Source: Macrostomum lignano (taxonomy: Eukaryota). Taken from it: a stretch of 64,000 bases of DNA. The notes under the pieces were generated by a model. That model ran no database searches and was not told the origin of the DNA. It was given only the letters and a program-made list of their open reading frames with translations. Both the position numbers and the translations under genes were made by a program. The stretch is from NCBI GenBank assembly GCA_002269645.1, contig NIVC01000255.1:682001-746000 (forward strand), in the 5' to 3' direction. Shown here in pieces: positions 24,550-37,640 of the stretch (positions are counted from its first letter, which is position 1; each line of letters begins with the position of its first letter).

Positions 24550-25150
24550 GCTATCCGTGCAGGCAGTCAGTCTATTTGTGAATTTTCTGGTGGATCTGAA
24601 GAAAACCCGTCCGGCACAGGATTAAAGAGAAAGAGACGATCTGTTTTGGGTGAGTATTATCTGCTGTAGAAGTATTGTACACCAGAGTACTTGTGTTACT
24701 TGGTAGAGCACAATTCAAAAGCAATGCAACAATCTCAGTGGCATTGTTGGGACACAAGCTACAAACGCAATGAATAGTAAACACAGCCCAGCCTAGCTCA
24801 AGGCTAGTAATTTGTTGGGCATTTATTGGGACATTGCAGCCAGGCCTATTTTTTGAACAGCATTTGTTGGGTCGCACTTATTGGGACAATACTGATTCTA
24901 ATCGCGACTACTTCTGAGTTCTGACTTTTCAAAACAGACCCAGCATTAGTTGAACACGTTCTATTAAAGGGTTCCTTTATAGCCTATTAATGATTACTAA
25001 AGCAAGCCTATCTTAATTGATTTCTTTTCCTCGCAGATTCTGAAGTCAGCCACGCCAGCGACATGCCTAAGAGACAAGAATGCGCTTTAACGATCAGCAG
25101 CGAGCATTCTGATCTCGCCGCTGCATCCGTCATTTGGTTCACTTGCTGCT

Positions 25151-25195
<45 letters not shown>

Positions 25196-25804
25196 GCTAT
25201 CCGTGCAGGCAGTCAGTCTATTTGTGAATTTTCTGGTGGATCTGAAGAAAACCCGTCCGGCACAGGATTAAAGAGAAAGAGACGATCTGTTTTGGGTGAG
25301 TATTATCTGCTGTAGAAGTATTGTACACCAGAGTACTTGTGTTACTTGGTAGAGCACAATTCAAAAGCAATGCAACAATCTCAGTGGCATTGTTGGGACA
25401 CAAGCTACAAACGCAATGAATAGTAAACACAGCCCAGCCTAGCTCAAGGCTAGTAATTTGTTGGGCATTTATTGGGACATTGCAGCCAGGCCTATTTTTT
25501 GAACAGCATTTGTTGGGTCGCACTTATTGGGACAATACTGATTCTAATCGCGACTACTTCTGAGTTCTGACTTTTCAAAACAGACCCAGCATTAGTTGAA
25601 CACGTTCTATTAAAGGGTTCCTTTATAGCCTATTAATGATTACTAAAGCAAGCCTATCTTAATTGATTTCTTTTCCTCGCAGATTCTGAAGTCAGCCACG
25701 CCAGCGACATGCCTAAGAGACAAGAATGCGCTTTAACGATCAGCAGCGAGCATTCTGATCTCGCCGCTGCATCCGTCATTTGGTTCACTTGCTGCTCACA
25801 AGCC

Positions 25805-25846
<42 letters not shown>

Positions 25847-26447
25847 GCTATCCGTGCAGGCAGTCAGTCTATTTGTGAATTTTCTGGTGGATCTGAAGAA
25901 AACCCGTCCGGCACAGGATTAAAGAGAAAGAGACGATCTGTTTTGGGTGAGTATTATCTGCTGTAGAAGTATTGTACACCAGAGTACTTGTGTTACTTGG
26001 TAGAGCACAATTCAAAAGCAATGCAACAATCTCAGTGGCATTGTTGGGACACAAGCTACAAACGCAATGAATAGTAAACACAGCCCAGCCTAGCTCAAGG
26101 CTAGTAATTTGTTGGGCATTTATTGGGACATTGCAGCCAGGCCTATTTTTTGAACAGCATTTGTTGGGTCGCACTTATTGGGACAATACTGATTCTAATC
26201 GCGACTACTTCTGAGTTCTGACTTTTCAAAACAGACCCAGCATTAGTTGAACACGTTCTATTAAAGGGTTCCTTTATAGCCTATTAATGATTACTAAAGC
26301 AAGCCTATCTTAATTGATTTCTTTTCCTCGCAGATTCTGAAGTCAGCCACGCCAGCGACATGCCTAAGAGACAAGAATGCGCTTTAACGATCAGCAGCGA
26401 GCATTCTGATCTCGCCGCTGCATCCGTCATTTGGTTCACTTGCTGCT

Positions 26448-26491
<44 letters not shown>

Positions 26492-27092
26492 GCTATCCGT
26501 GCAGGCAGTCAGTCTATTTGTGAATTTTCTGGTGGATCTGAAGAAAACCCGTCCGGCACAGGATTAAAGAGAAAGAGACGATCTGTTTTGGGTGAGTATT
26601 ATCTGCTGTAGAAGTATTGTACACCAGAGTACTTGTGTTACTTGGTAGAGCACAATTCAAAAGCAATGCAACAATCTCAGTGGCATTGTTGGGACACAAG
26701 CTACAAACGCAATGAATAGTAAACACAGCCCAGCCTAGCTCAAGGCTAGTAATTTGTTGGGCATTTATTGGGACATTGCAGCCAGGCCTATTTTTTGAAC
26801 AGCATTTGTTGGGTCGCACTTATTGGGACAATACTGATTCTAATCGCGACTACTTCTGAGTTCTGACTTTTCAAAACAGACCCAGCATTAGTTGAACACG
26901 TTCTATTAAAGGGTTCCTTTATAGCCTATTAATGATTACTAAAGCAAGCCTATCTTAATTGATTTCTTTTCCTCGCAGATTCTGAAGTCAGCCACGCCAG
27001 CGACATGCCTAAGAGACAAGAATGCGCTTTAACGATCAGCAGCGAGCATTCTGATCTCGCCGCTGCATCCGTCATTTGGTTCACTTGCTGCT

Positions 27093-27136
<44 letters not shown>

Positions 27137-27736
27137 GCTATCCGTGCAGGCAGTCAGTCTATTTGTGAATTTTCTGGTGGATCTGAAGAAAACCCGTCCG
27201 GCACAGGATTAAAGAGAAAGAGACGATCTGTTTTGGGTGAGTATTATCTGCTGTAGAAGTATTGTACACCAGAGTACTTGTGTTACTTGGTAGAGCACAA
27301 TTCAAAAGCAATGCAACAATCTCAGTGGCATTGTTGGGACACAAGCTACAAACGCAATGAATAGTAAACACAGCCCAGCCTAGCTCAAGGCTAGTAATTT
27401 GTTGGGCATTTATTGGGACATTGCAGCCAGGCCTATTTTTTGAACAGCATTTGTTGGGTCGCACTTATTGGGACAATACTGATTCTAATCGCGACTACTT
27501 CTGAGTTCTGACTTTTCAAAACAGACCCAGCATTAGTTGAACACGTTCTATTAAAGGGTTCCTTTATAGCCTATTAATGATTACTAAAGCAAGCCTATCT
27601 TAATTGATTTCTTTTCCTCGCAGATTCTGAAGTCAGCAACCGCCAGCGACATGCCTAAGAGACAAGAATGCGCTTTAACGATCAGCAGCGAGCATTCTGA
27701 TCTCGCCGCTGCATCCGTCATTTGGTTCACTTGCTC

Positions 27737-27775
<39 letters not shown>

Positions 27776-29032
27776 GCTATCCGTGCAGGCAGTCAGTCTA
27801 TTTGTGAATTTTCTGGTGGATCTGAAGAAAACCCGTCCGGCACAGGATTAAAGAGAAAGAGACGATCTGTTTTGGGTGAGTATTATCTGCTGTAGAAGTA
27901 TTGTACACCAGAGTACTTGTGTTACTTGGTAGAGCACAATTCAAAAGCAATGCAACAATCTCAGTGGCATTGTTGGGACACAAGCTACAAACGCAATGAA
28001 TAGTAAACACAGCCCAGCCTAGCTCAAGGCTAGTAATTTGTTGGGCATTTATTGGGACATTGCAGCCAGGCCTATTTTTTGAACAGCATTTGTTGGGTCG
28101 CACTTATTGGGACAATACTGATTCTAATCGCGACTACTTCTGAGTTCTGACTTTTCAAAACAGACCCAGCATTAGTTGAACACGTTCTATTAAAGGGTTC
28201 CTTTATAGCCTATTAATGATTACTAAAGGCAAGCCTATCTTAATTGATTTCTTTTCCTCGCAGATTCTGAAGTCAGCACGCCAGCGACATGCCTAAGAGA
28301 CAAGAATGCGCTTTAACGATCAGCAGCGAGCATTCTGATCTCGCCGCTGCATCCGTCATTTGGTTCACTTGCTGCTCACAAGCCGCAGCAGCAGCCAGCA
28401 GCAGCAGCAGCAGCAGCAGCAGCCGCTATCCGTGCAGGCAGTCAGTCTATTTGTGAATTTTCTGGTGGATCTGAAGAAAACCCGTCCGGCACAGGATTAA
28501 AGAGAAAGAGACGATCTGTTTTGGGTGAGTATTATCTGCTGTAGAAGTATTGTACACCAGAGTACTTGTGTTACTTGGTAGAGCACAATTCAAAAGCAAT
28601 GCAACAATCTCAGTGGCATTGTTGGGACACAAGCTACAAACGCAATGAATAGTAAACACAGCCCAGCCTAGCTCAAGGCTAGTAATTTGTTGGGCATTTA
28701 TTGGGACATTGCAGCCAGGCCTATTTTTTGAACAGCATTTGTTGGGTCGCACTTATTGGGACAATACTGATTCTAATCGCGACTACTTCTGAGTTCTGAC
28801 TTTTCAAAACAGACCCAGCATTAGTTGAACACGTTCTATTAAAGGGTTCCTTTATAGCCTATTAATGATTACTAAGCAAGCCTATCTTAATTGATTTCTT
28901 TTCCTCGCAGATTCTGAAGTCAGCCACGCCAGCGACATGCCTAAGAGACAAGAATGCGCTTTAACGATCAGCAGCGAGCATTCTGATCTCGCCGCTGCAT
29001 CCGTCATTTGGTTCACTTGCTGCTCACAAGCC

Positions 29033-29071
<39 letters not shown>

Positions 29072-29680
29072 GCTATCCGTGCAGGCAGTCAGTCTATTTG
29101 TGAATTTTCTGGTGGATCTGAAGAAAACCCGTCCGGCACAGGATTAAAGAGAAAGAGACGATCTGTTTTGGGTGAGTATTATCTGCTGTAGAAGTATTGT
29201 ACACCAGAGTACTTGTGTTACTTGGTAGAGCACAATTCAAAAGCAATGCAACAATCTCAGTGGCATTGTTGGGACACAAGCTACAAACGCAATGAATAGT
29301 AAACACAGCCCAGCCTAGCTCAAGGCTAGTAATTTGTTGGGCATTTATTGGGACATTGCAGCCAGGCCTATTTTTTGAACAGCATTTGTTGGGTCGCACT
29401 TATTGGGACAATACTGATTCTAATCGCGACTACTTCTGAGTTCTGACTTTTCAAAACAGACCCAGCATTAGTTGAACACGTTCTATTAAAGGGTTCCTTT
29501 ATAGCCTATTAATGATTACTAAGGCAAGCCTATCTTAATTGATTTCTTTTCCTCGCAGATTCTGAAGTCAGCCACGCCAGCGACATGCCTAAGAGACAAG
29601 AATGCGCTTTAACGATCAGCAGCGAGCATTCTGATCTCGCCGCTGCATCCGTCATTTGGTTCACTTGCTGCTCACAAGCC

Positions 29681-29719
<39 letters not shown>

Positions 29720-30327
29720 GCTATCCGTGCAGGCAGTCAGTCTATTTGTGAATTTTCTGGTGATCTGAAGAAAACCCGTCCGGCACAGGATTAAAGAGAA
29801 AGAGACGATCTGTTTTGGGTGAGTATTATCTGCTGTAGAAGTATTGTACACCAGAGTACTTGTGTTACTTGGTAGAGCACAATTCAAAAGCAATGCAACA
29901 ATCTCAGTGGCATTGTTGGGACACAAGCTACAAACGCAATGAATAGTAAACACAGCCCAGCCTAGCTCAAGGCTAGTAATTTGTTGGGCATTTATTGGGA
30001 CATTGCAGCCAGGCCTATTTTTTGAACAGCATTTGTTGGGTCGCACTTATTGGGACAATACTGATTCTAATCGCGACTACTTCTGAGTTCTGACTTTTCA
30101 AAACAGACCCAGCATTAGTTGAACACTTTCTATTAAAGGGTTCCTTTATAGCCTGTTAATGATTACTAAGGCAAGCCTATCTTAATTGATTTCTTTTCCT
30201 CGCAGATTCTGAAGTCAGCAACGCCAGCGACATGCCTAAGAGACAAGAATGCGCTTTAACGATCAGCAGCGAGCATTCTGATCTCGCCGCTGCATCCGTC
30301 ATTTGGTTCACTTGCTGCTCACAAGCC

Positions 30328-30381
<54 letters not shown>

Positions 30382-30420
30382 GCTATCTGTGCAGCAGTCA
30401 GTTAATTCATGAGTTTTCTG
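19451..30420 (+). repeat. Tandem array of about 647-bp units (17 near-complete copies plus a partial one), each with a (GCA)n tract and exon-like splice signals
   Basis: The acceptor TTTCTTTTCCTCGCAG recurs with exon starts from 19853 to about 30206 (mean spacing about 647). Each copy except the last has a G|GTGAGT donor. The last copy is diverged. Confidence 0.97.
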
Positions 30421-30600
30421 GCGGAGCTGGATATTTTTTAATTTTCTGAATTGAGAAGCCGATTAACTGTTGTGTGCTTCACTGGAATATTATTTAGAGG
30501 ATGCATTTTTTGCAGTCTGTTTCTATTAAAATCCGGTGCAATGACCGCGGTAGAGCTCTAGCATTTGCTTTTTATAGTATTTGTGTATATTCTTTTTCAA

Positions 30601-30782
30601 GCTATGCTGGAATTGTTGGGACAGCCCTATCCACACTGGCTATGCTGGAATTGTTGGGACAGCCCTATCCACTGGCTATGCTGGAATTGTTGGGACAGCC
30701 CTATCCACACTGGCTATGCTGGATTTGTTGGGACAGCCCTATCCACACTGGCTATGCTGGAATTGTTGGGACAGCCCTATAC
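30601..30782. repeat. 38-bp tandem repeat (GCTATGCTGGAATTGTTGGGACAGCCCTATCCACACTG)
   Basis: About 5 copies; shares the TTGTTGGGACA core with the intron part of the 647-bp unit. Confidence 0.92.
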
Positions 30783-31819
30783 TATAGTGTGTGCTGGCTT
30801 CTGCTATAGTGTGGTTCATTTCCGCATCCTTTTACGTAGCATTCTGTGGGTCCGAATAGCTGACATGTACCTTTTGAGTAATTCTAGTGATTGTGTCATA
30901 ATCAATAAAGTACATTTTTATGAACAGTGGAGTTTCGCTACAGAATTGTTTTTTCCCAGTGGCACTAAATGTAGCAAATTTTGTTTATTCAGATCGTAAA
31001 ATTTTTTTGATATGTGTCAATGTCGTTTGTTTTCGATAACCTTAAAGTCCCTTGCCATTTACCATCCTGTCTTCTATAATCTATGATCGCTGAAATTATC
31101 CGGTGAAATTTGACGCGCTGATATTATTGCCTTAAGTGGAATTCAGCAAGACACCAGGGTTTTTTAATTCTGTTTTAGACAAGTATACATGTACAATCTG
31201 TTGTGAGTTCAATGCACCTCGAAAAATGCTTTCCAACTGTTTTCAGTAAGCCAAAAGCATGTTGTCAATAAAAATCGATTTGGTGGGTTGAAAATTGCCT
31301 GTGTGGGGACGTGTGTGTGTGTGATTTTTCGTGTGTCGGAGCAGTCCCAATATGTGCAAGCTTTTGCACACTTGGCCAATAAGTGCCTCGTGCACGTTTG
31401 TGTGTGTGTGTGTGTGTTTGTGTGTGTACTTTTAACTTATTTATGAATTATCCAGATCTCCACTCGCTCTTCCTCTTCGCTTTCCCGAATTTCATTTTCA
31501 TTTTTGCTAAATTTGGATACCAATTTTTTTCCAGAAAAAGGAACACTCTCACAAGCTGTTTTTTCAGAGCTTTAACACGATAAATTGACTTGAAAATTGA
31601 ATACAAATGATTCGTATTGTCTGTTTTATACGTTCACTTTGTTTAACTGTTTTTATAAATTGTCAAATTTTAATAAATTTCTTTTTGATAAATATATTTT
31701 TGCATTGTTGATTGAGAACTTCTAAGAAAATACAGTTTCCCTTGATTTCTATTGAAGTGGGATTAATGGTTTTTTTAAGGAAAATTAGGAATTGAAAGGA
31801 AGAATCAAGGATTTCTTTA

Positions 31820-32395
31820 AAAGTTGGTTTTGGTGGGTTTCTAGGAAATTTTGGTTCGATACGTTTCTAGGTAATGTTGGTTTAGTGGGTTTCTAGGAAA
31901 ATTGGTTTCGGTGGGTTTCTAGAAAAATTTTATTCAGTGAGTTTCTAGGAAAGTTTTGGTTTGGTGGGTTTCTAGGAAAGTAGGTTTCGGTGGCAGGTTT
32001 CTAGGAAAATTACTAGTTGATTTGGTGAGTTTCTAGGAAAGTTTTGTTCTGTAAGTTCCTAGAAAAGTTGAATTTAGTGGGTTTCTAGGAAAATTTGGTG
32101 CAGTGAGTTTCTAGGAAAATTTGGTTCGATGGGTTTCTAAAGTGGGAAACTAAGGCTCCAGACGATTTCTAGGCAAGTTGAATTTAAGATTTCTAAAGAA
32201 AGTTTAGGTTGGGGACATTTCTAGGAAAGTACGATGCATGGATTGCTGCTAGAAAATTCTAATTCAGAGAATATATAGGAAAGTAGGATTCTGGTATATC
32301 TAGATTCGGGGGATTTCTAGGAATATCTAAGAAAAATGGTTTCAAGTTGGTTTCTAAGAAAGTAGGGTTCGGAGTTTTCTAGGAAATTAGGGTAT
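31820..32395. repeat. Degenerate repeat with TTTCTAGGAAA core upstream of PGGT1B
   Basis: Many spaced copies of GTTTCTAGGAAA. Confidence 0.85.
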
Positions 32396-32477
32396 ACAGA
32401 GGACTCCTATGTAGCTCCGTGCAGTTTAGCCAGAGTTCATAAAAAATCTATTAGAATCCTCACCAACTCTGCACTGC

Positions 32478-35277
32478 ATGCTGACAAGCCAAATGTCTAA
32501 CATCAGCGCGGGAGACAGCTCCAGCAGTGACGATGAAGGCCGCAGTCGGCGGTGTCGCCAACAGCAGCAGCTGCCAGACATGGAGAAGTTCAGCGCCCAG
32601 CTCACCAAGTACTGCAGGCGGGTGCTGACCTGCCTGCCCTCGCACTGCAGCGGCTACGATCAGAACAGATTGGTGTTTGCTTGGTTTGCCATCTCCACTA
32701 TGGACATGCTGGATAGGACTCAGGAGCTAAATAGGTATCAGTTCTGATCATCTAGTCTCAGTCTAATCTATCATCTAATCTCATTCTAATCTATCGTCTA
32801 ATCTCATCCTAATCTATCATCTAATCTCATTATAATCCAGCATCTAATCTTACATTTTCGTCAAGCATTTAATCTCGCCTTAATCCCACATCTAATATCA
32901 CCCTAATCAGACTTCTAATATCACCATAATCTAGCATCCAATCTCACCCTAATCTAGCATCTAATCTCACCCTAATCCAGCATCTAATGTAATCTCACCC
33001 TAATCCAGCATCTAATGTAATCTCACCCTAATCTAGCATCTTATCTCACCCTAATCCAGCAACTAATCTCACCCTAATACCACATCTAATCTCACCCTAA
33101 TCAAACATCTAATCTCACCCTAAACCGGCATTTAATCTCACCCTCAACCCGCACAACGCCTCCCGCAGGCAGGAGATCATAGACTGGGTGTACAGCCTTC
33201 AGATTCTCCCCAGCTCCGGCCGGCCCGTTGCCAACTGCGGCTTCCGCGGCGCTCCCCTGCTGGGCAGCCCGGCGGATCCGCACCTGGACGCCGAGAATCC
33301 GCTGCCGTACGATGCCAGCCACCTCACCATGGTATTCGCCGGCCTGGGCATCCTGCTCATGCTCGGCGACGATCTTCAACGAGTCGATCGAGACGCCGTT
33401 CTTAGCGGAGTCGCGGCCCTGCAGACGCCGGCGGGCTGCTTCACGGCTGGCAAATTTGCTCCGGAAAGCGACTTGCGATTCGTGTTCTCCGCCTGCGTGT
33501 CCTGCTATTATTTGAACGATTTCACCAAAATCGACGTTGACAGAAGTGTGAGCGAATTTTGTTTAAATGTCGTTATATATTCTTTATGAAATCCAAAACT
33601 GACGTTTCTAAGAAAATTCTAGCCGCTTTTGTTTCTGGGGAATTCGAACCTCGTCCGTTTCTACTAAGTTGCAATATGCTTTCTAGGAAACACCAGTTGT
33701 TGCGTTTCTAAGAAATTCTTGTAGAACCCGTTTCTAAGAAGTTCCTGTCGCAACCGTTTCTAGGAAATTTCCTATCGCATCCGTTTCTAGGAAATTCCTA
33801 TCGATCCGTTTCTAGGAAATTCCTATCGCATCCGTTTCTATGAAATTCCTATCGCATCCGTTTCTAAGAAATTCCTATCGCACCCGTTTCTAAGAAATTC
33901 CTATCGCACCCGGCCCGTTTCTAAGAAATTCCTATCGTATCTGTTTCTAAGAAATTCCTATTGCACCCGTTTCTAAGAAATTCCTATCGCACCCGTTTCT
34001 AAGAAATTCCTATCGCACCCGTTTCTAAGAAATTCCTATCGCACCCGTTTCTAAGAAATTCCTATCGCACCCGTTTCTAATAAATTCCTATCGCACCCGT
34101 TTCTAAGAAATTCCTATCGCACCCGTTTCTAAGAAATTCCTATCGCATCCGTTTATGAAATTCAAATTTGTCCTGTTTCCGGGAAATTATAAATTTTGTT
34201 TTTCAAGTTCCAACGAAACTCCAATCCGGCCCTGTGGCCCTGCAAACGTCGACAAGGACCGCAAGCACTGGTTTAGAAAATTCCAACGAGCCATTTCTTG
34301 GAACGCCCCCCCACCTGTTGCTGATTATTCTTGGTAGTTTTATTTCTGCTGTTTCCAGGAGATTCAAATTTCTATTTCTGAAAAACTTCATAATCTGTAA
34401 TTTCGACTGGATATCTAAAATGAGAGAATCTCAAACTGCCATTCTATATTTGAGAAATCCTAAATTGTTTTTAAAAATCCATCAACTGAAATTTCTAAGA
34501 AAATATAACGGTCGTTTCTAGGAAATCTCTGAAACCGTTTCTTGGAAATCTCAACATGTCATTTCGATATATTTTTGAGGAAATTTTTTTGAAAACTGAC
34601 TAAACGGTATGTTTTATACAGCAATATTATTTTCAGTGTCACTAATTCTACTTAACATTTGCGATTGTTCTACTTCAAGTAGAAATGCACACATTTTGCT
34701 GCAATTTTTTGCTATAAATTGTGAAAAAATGATAAATTATCTGTAGGTCGCCTTCCTGCTGGCCTGCCAGACCTACGAAGGCGGCTTCGGTCAGCGGCCC
34801 GGCTCTGAGGCTCACGGCGGCTCCACCTTCTGCGCCATCGCTTCGTTGAAACTTCTCGGCAGGCTGGACTCCGCCCTGCCAGCCGACAGTCGCCAACGTT
34901 CGCGCCTGTTGCGCTGGCTTTGCCAGCGTCAGCACCGCGGCTTCCACGGCCGACCGTACAAGGACGACGATTCCTGCTATACGTTCTGGATTGGAGCCTC
35001 CCTGGCAGCCCTTGGCCGGGCCAATCTGATTGACCGATCGGCCCTTGTTGAATTCGTTTTCAGCTGCTACAGCGGCATGGAGGGCGGCTTCTCTAAGTAT
35101 CCGGGCGACTCCGCCGACCCGCTGCACACCTACCTGGCTCTGGCTGGCTTGGCCGCCCTCCGCCTCGAGGACGAGCGGCTGGAACCCATCCGGCCTGAGG
35201 CCAACATCACCGAGAGGGCTCACCTGCATATGCTGGCCCTGCATCGGGCTGCTGCCGCTTCTGCTGCTTCTCACTGA
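32478..35277 (+). CDS. PGGT1B: Geranylgeranyltransferase type-I beta subunit
   Basis: Exons 32478-32734, 33169-33547 and 34747-35277 join in frame (388 aa; start ATG uncertain). Motifs: IIDWVYSLQILP, CGFRG, ASHLTMVFAGL, ESDLRFVFSAC, QTYEGGFGQRPGSEAHGGSTFCA, GFHGRPYKDDDSCYTFWIG (Zn D-x-C), GGFSKYP..ADPLHTYL (Zn His). Confidence 0.93.
32745..33145. repeat. ATCTAATCTCACCCT-type minisatellite in PGGT1B intron 1
   Basis: Direct reading. Confidence 0.9.
33600..34545. repeat. 26-bp minisatellite (GTTTCTAAGAAATTCCTATCGCACCC) with degenerate flanks in PGGT1B intron 2
   Basis: Homogeneous core at about 33760-34155. Confidence 0.9.
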
Positions 35278-35429
35278 TCTCTTCTCTTCCTTCATCTCTC
35301 TTCCTTATTTTGCTTTTCGCGAGCTCAAGTTGGATTGAGTTGCGAGTTGAGCTATCAGAGCTGGCTATCAAAGTGTTTTGACAATATTAGGTTTTGAAGC
35401 TTGTGAAACTTCGAGGTTATGAAGCCCCT

Positions 35430-35705
35430 TCCTTTACCTCCCTAATCTCTCCCTTCATCTCTCTAATCTCTTCCTTCATCTCCCTGATCTCTTCCTTCAC
35501 CTCCCTATTATCTCCCTTCACCTCCCTAATCTCTCCCTTCACCTCCCTAATCTCTCCCTTCACCTCCCTAATCTCTCCCTTCATCTTCCTAATCTCTCCC
35601 TTCACCTCCCTAATCTCTCCCTTCACCTCCCTAATCTCTCCCTTCACCTCCCTAATCTCTCCCTTCATCTTCCTAATCTCTCCCTTCACCTCTCTAGTCT
35701 CTCCG
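35430..35705. repeat. 21-bp pyrimidine-rich minisatellite (CCTCCCTAATCTCTCCCTTCA) downstream of PGGT1B
   Basis: Direct reading. Confidence 0.93.
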
Positions 35706-37019
35706 GTTTAATCAATTTTCATTCCTTGTCTTCCTCACTTTATTTCTCTTTCTCCTTTTCTCACTTGCCTAATTTTTATTATCTTATAACCTTTATCAAT
35801 CAAAAAGTCCAGAAGTAAACATTGCTTCATCCTACTCAAACCTGAGCAGCTAATGGTTATTAATCAGATAACCCCGCGGATAATTTATATATGTAATTTG
35901 TTTAAGTCAATTCCCACTCTTCACCAAGTTTGACTACTGCGTTAGACTACTCATAGAACAGTAGTAGAATTTGCGTGTGCAAAGATAAATTCTCATTAGT
36001 TAAATGGGATTGCGTACGCGTACCGAACATGCCTGACTGTGTTTTTGCTAAACTTTCTCAAGCCTAGAAGCTTTCAATAAAGGCAGACCAACAACTTCTT
36101 AATGCTTCTACACTGTGGGTTTTTGGGTGACAGAGTGATTTAACTCTCATCCAGTGAGTTCTTGCGCTTTTTTACGAAGTACAGTTTGTCAGAGCAAAAA
36201 GAATCTATAGTTGAGTAACAGTAAAGTTCTAATTTGTAGAGCAAACAAGTATAATTCTTTATATTTTTGTTGGTTTCTTTTCACAGCTAAAAATTATATA
36301 GGTTTATATAACAGTTTATATAAATTTCTCTATTAGATTCTGACATTTTGAACGATAAAATTCAACACAGGTTAGAGGCATCAGCAACAAGAACCAAAAA
36401 ATAAAGCGCAAAAACTTTCAGGGTGACCTTAAAAAATTTGTTCAATTATTTTGTCGATTTTGTACTACTTACATAGGGGTCCCATAAGTAGTACAAAAGT
36501 TTATTTGTTAAGAAGCATTAACATGGCAATTTTAGCACGATCGATCGAATATGTACAAAATTATAACCTCTATCTATCTAACTGATTTTAAAAAATTATT
36601 TTATAAATGATTTTTTGAAAATAGATCAACGAAACAGAAACTTCAATTCCTTGCTTAGGTTCTTTAATTATTGCTATATGCGCGGTTGGTGAATGAAAGA
36701 AGATGTAATAAAATATTTGTTTTGAAGGTATTCTGATTTTCTGGTTCTCTACGGTCCTCCCCTCTCAACACCTTTTTCCGCTTTTATTCTGCGGTGCGTG
36801 GCAGAAGGGGGTCTTGTTTATCAATTATATTTGTTAAATTGGTTTGCAATTTCACCGTTTCATCTTTGATGGTGGACAGTTTCTTTTTTCAAAAGTTTAT
36901 TGCTGAGAAATTGGTTCGATTCTCGTTCTTTGTTTTTTTCTGATATTCACGTCAGCTTTTCGTTGACTTTGTTTACTAACTTTTAGGGAGAGAAAAACAA
37001 TTAGGGTTGGATTGAAATT

Positions 37020-37640
37020 ATAGTGAGATTAGAAATTGCCTGAGATTAGACAGGGGTAGATTGGGATTGGACAAAGGAAGAGTGAGATTAGACAGGGTAT
37101 GTGAAATTAGGCAGAGGAGAGTGAGATTAGTCAGGGGAGACTGAGATTAGACACGGGAGGCTGAGATTAGAAAGGGGCAGACTGAGGTTAGACAGGGGGA
37201 GACTGAGATTAAGCAAAGGATGTGATATTAGACAGGGGAGAGAGATTGACGGGGTGTAAGATTAGACAAAGGGAAAGTGAGATTAGACAGGGGCAGACTG
37301 AGATTAGACACGGGAGGCTGAGATTAGACAGGGGCAGACTGAGATTAGACACGGGAGGCTGAGATTAGACAGGGGCAGACTGAGATTAGACAGGGGAGGC
37401 TGAGATTAGACAGGGGCAGACTGAGATTAGACAGGGGAGACTGAGATTAGACAGGGGAGACTGAGATTAAGCAAAGGGTGTGATATTAGACAGGGGAGAG
37501 AGATTGACGGGGTGTAAGATTAGACAGAGGGAAAGTGAGATTAGAAAGGGGGTTGAGATTAGACTGTGACAGTGAGATTAGACAGGGGAGTGAGATTAGA
37601 GAAGGAAGTGAGCTTAGACAGGGTAAGGGTGAGCTTAGAC
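37020..37640. repeat. About 20-bp minisatellite (GAGATTAGACAGGGGAGRCT)
   Basis: Direct reading. Confidence 0.9.

Noticed and set aside
20039-30046. Repeated minus-strand 101-aa ORF MRPNKCCSKN...
   Set aside because: Antisense to the exon-intron signals, mostly covers the intron part, and has no recognisable domain.
19451-30420. Array as snRNA, SL RNA, 5S or histone cluster (it contains an Sm-like AATTTTCTGG)
   Set aside because: No recognisable snRNA, 5S, leader or histone sequence; the Sm-like match is short and lies inside the predicted exon.
36095-36525. TTAATGCTTCT / AGAAGCATTAA inverted pair suggesting a TTAA-target element
   Set aside because: Only 11 bp in AT-rich DNA; not distinguishable from chance.
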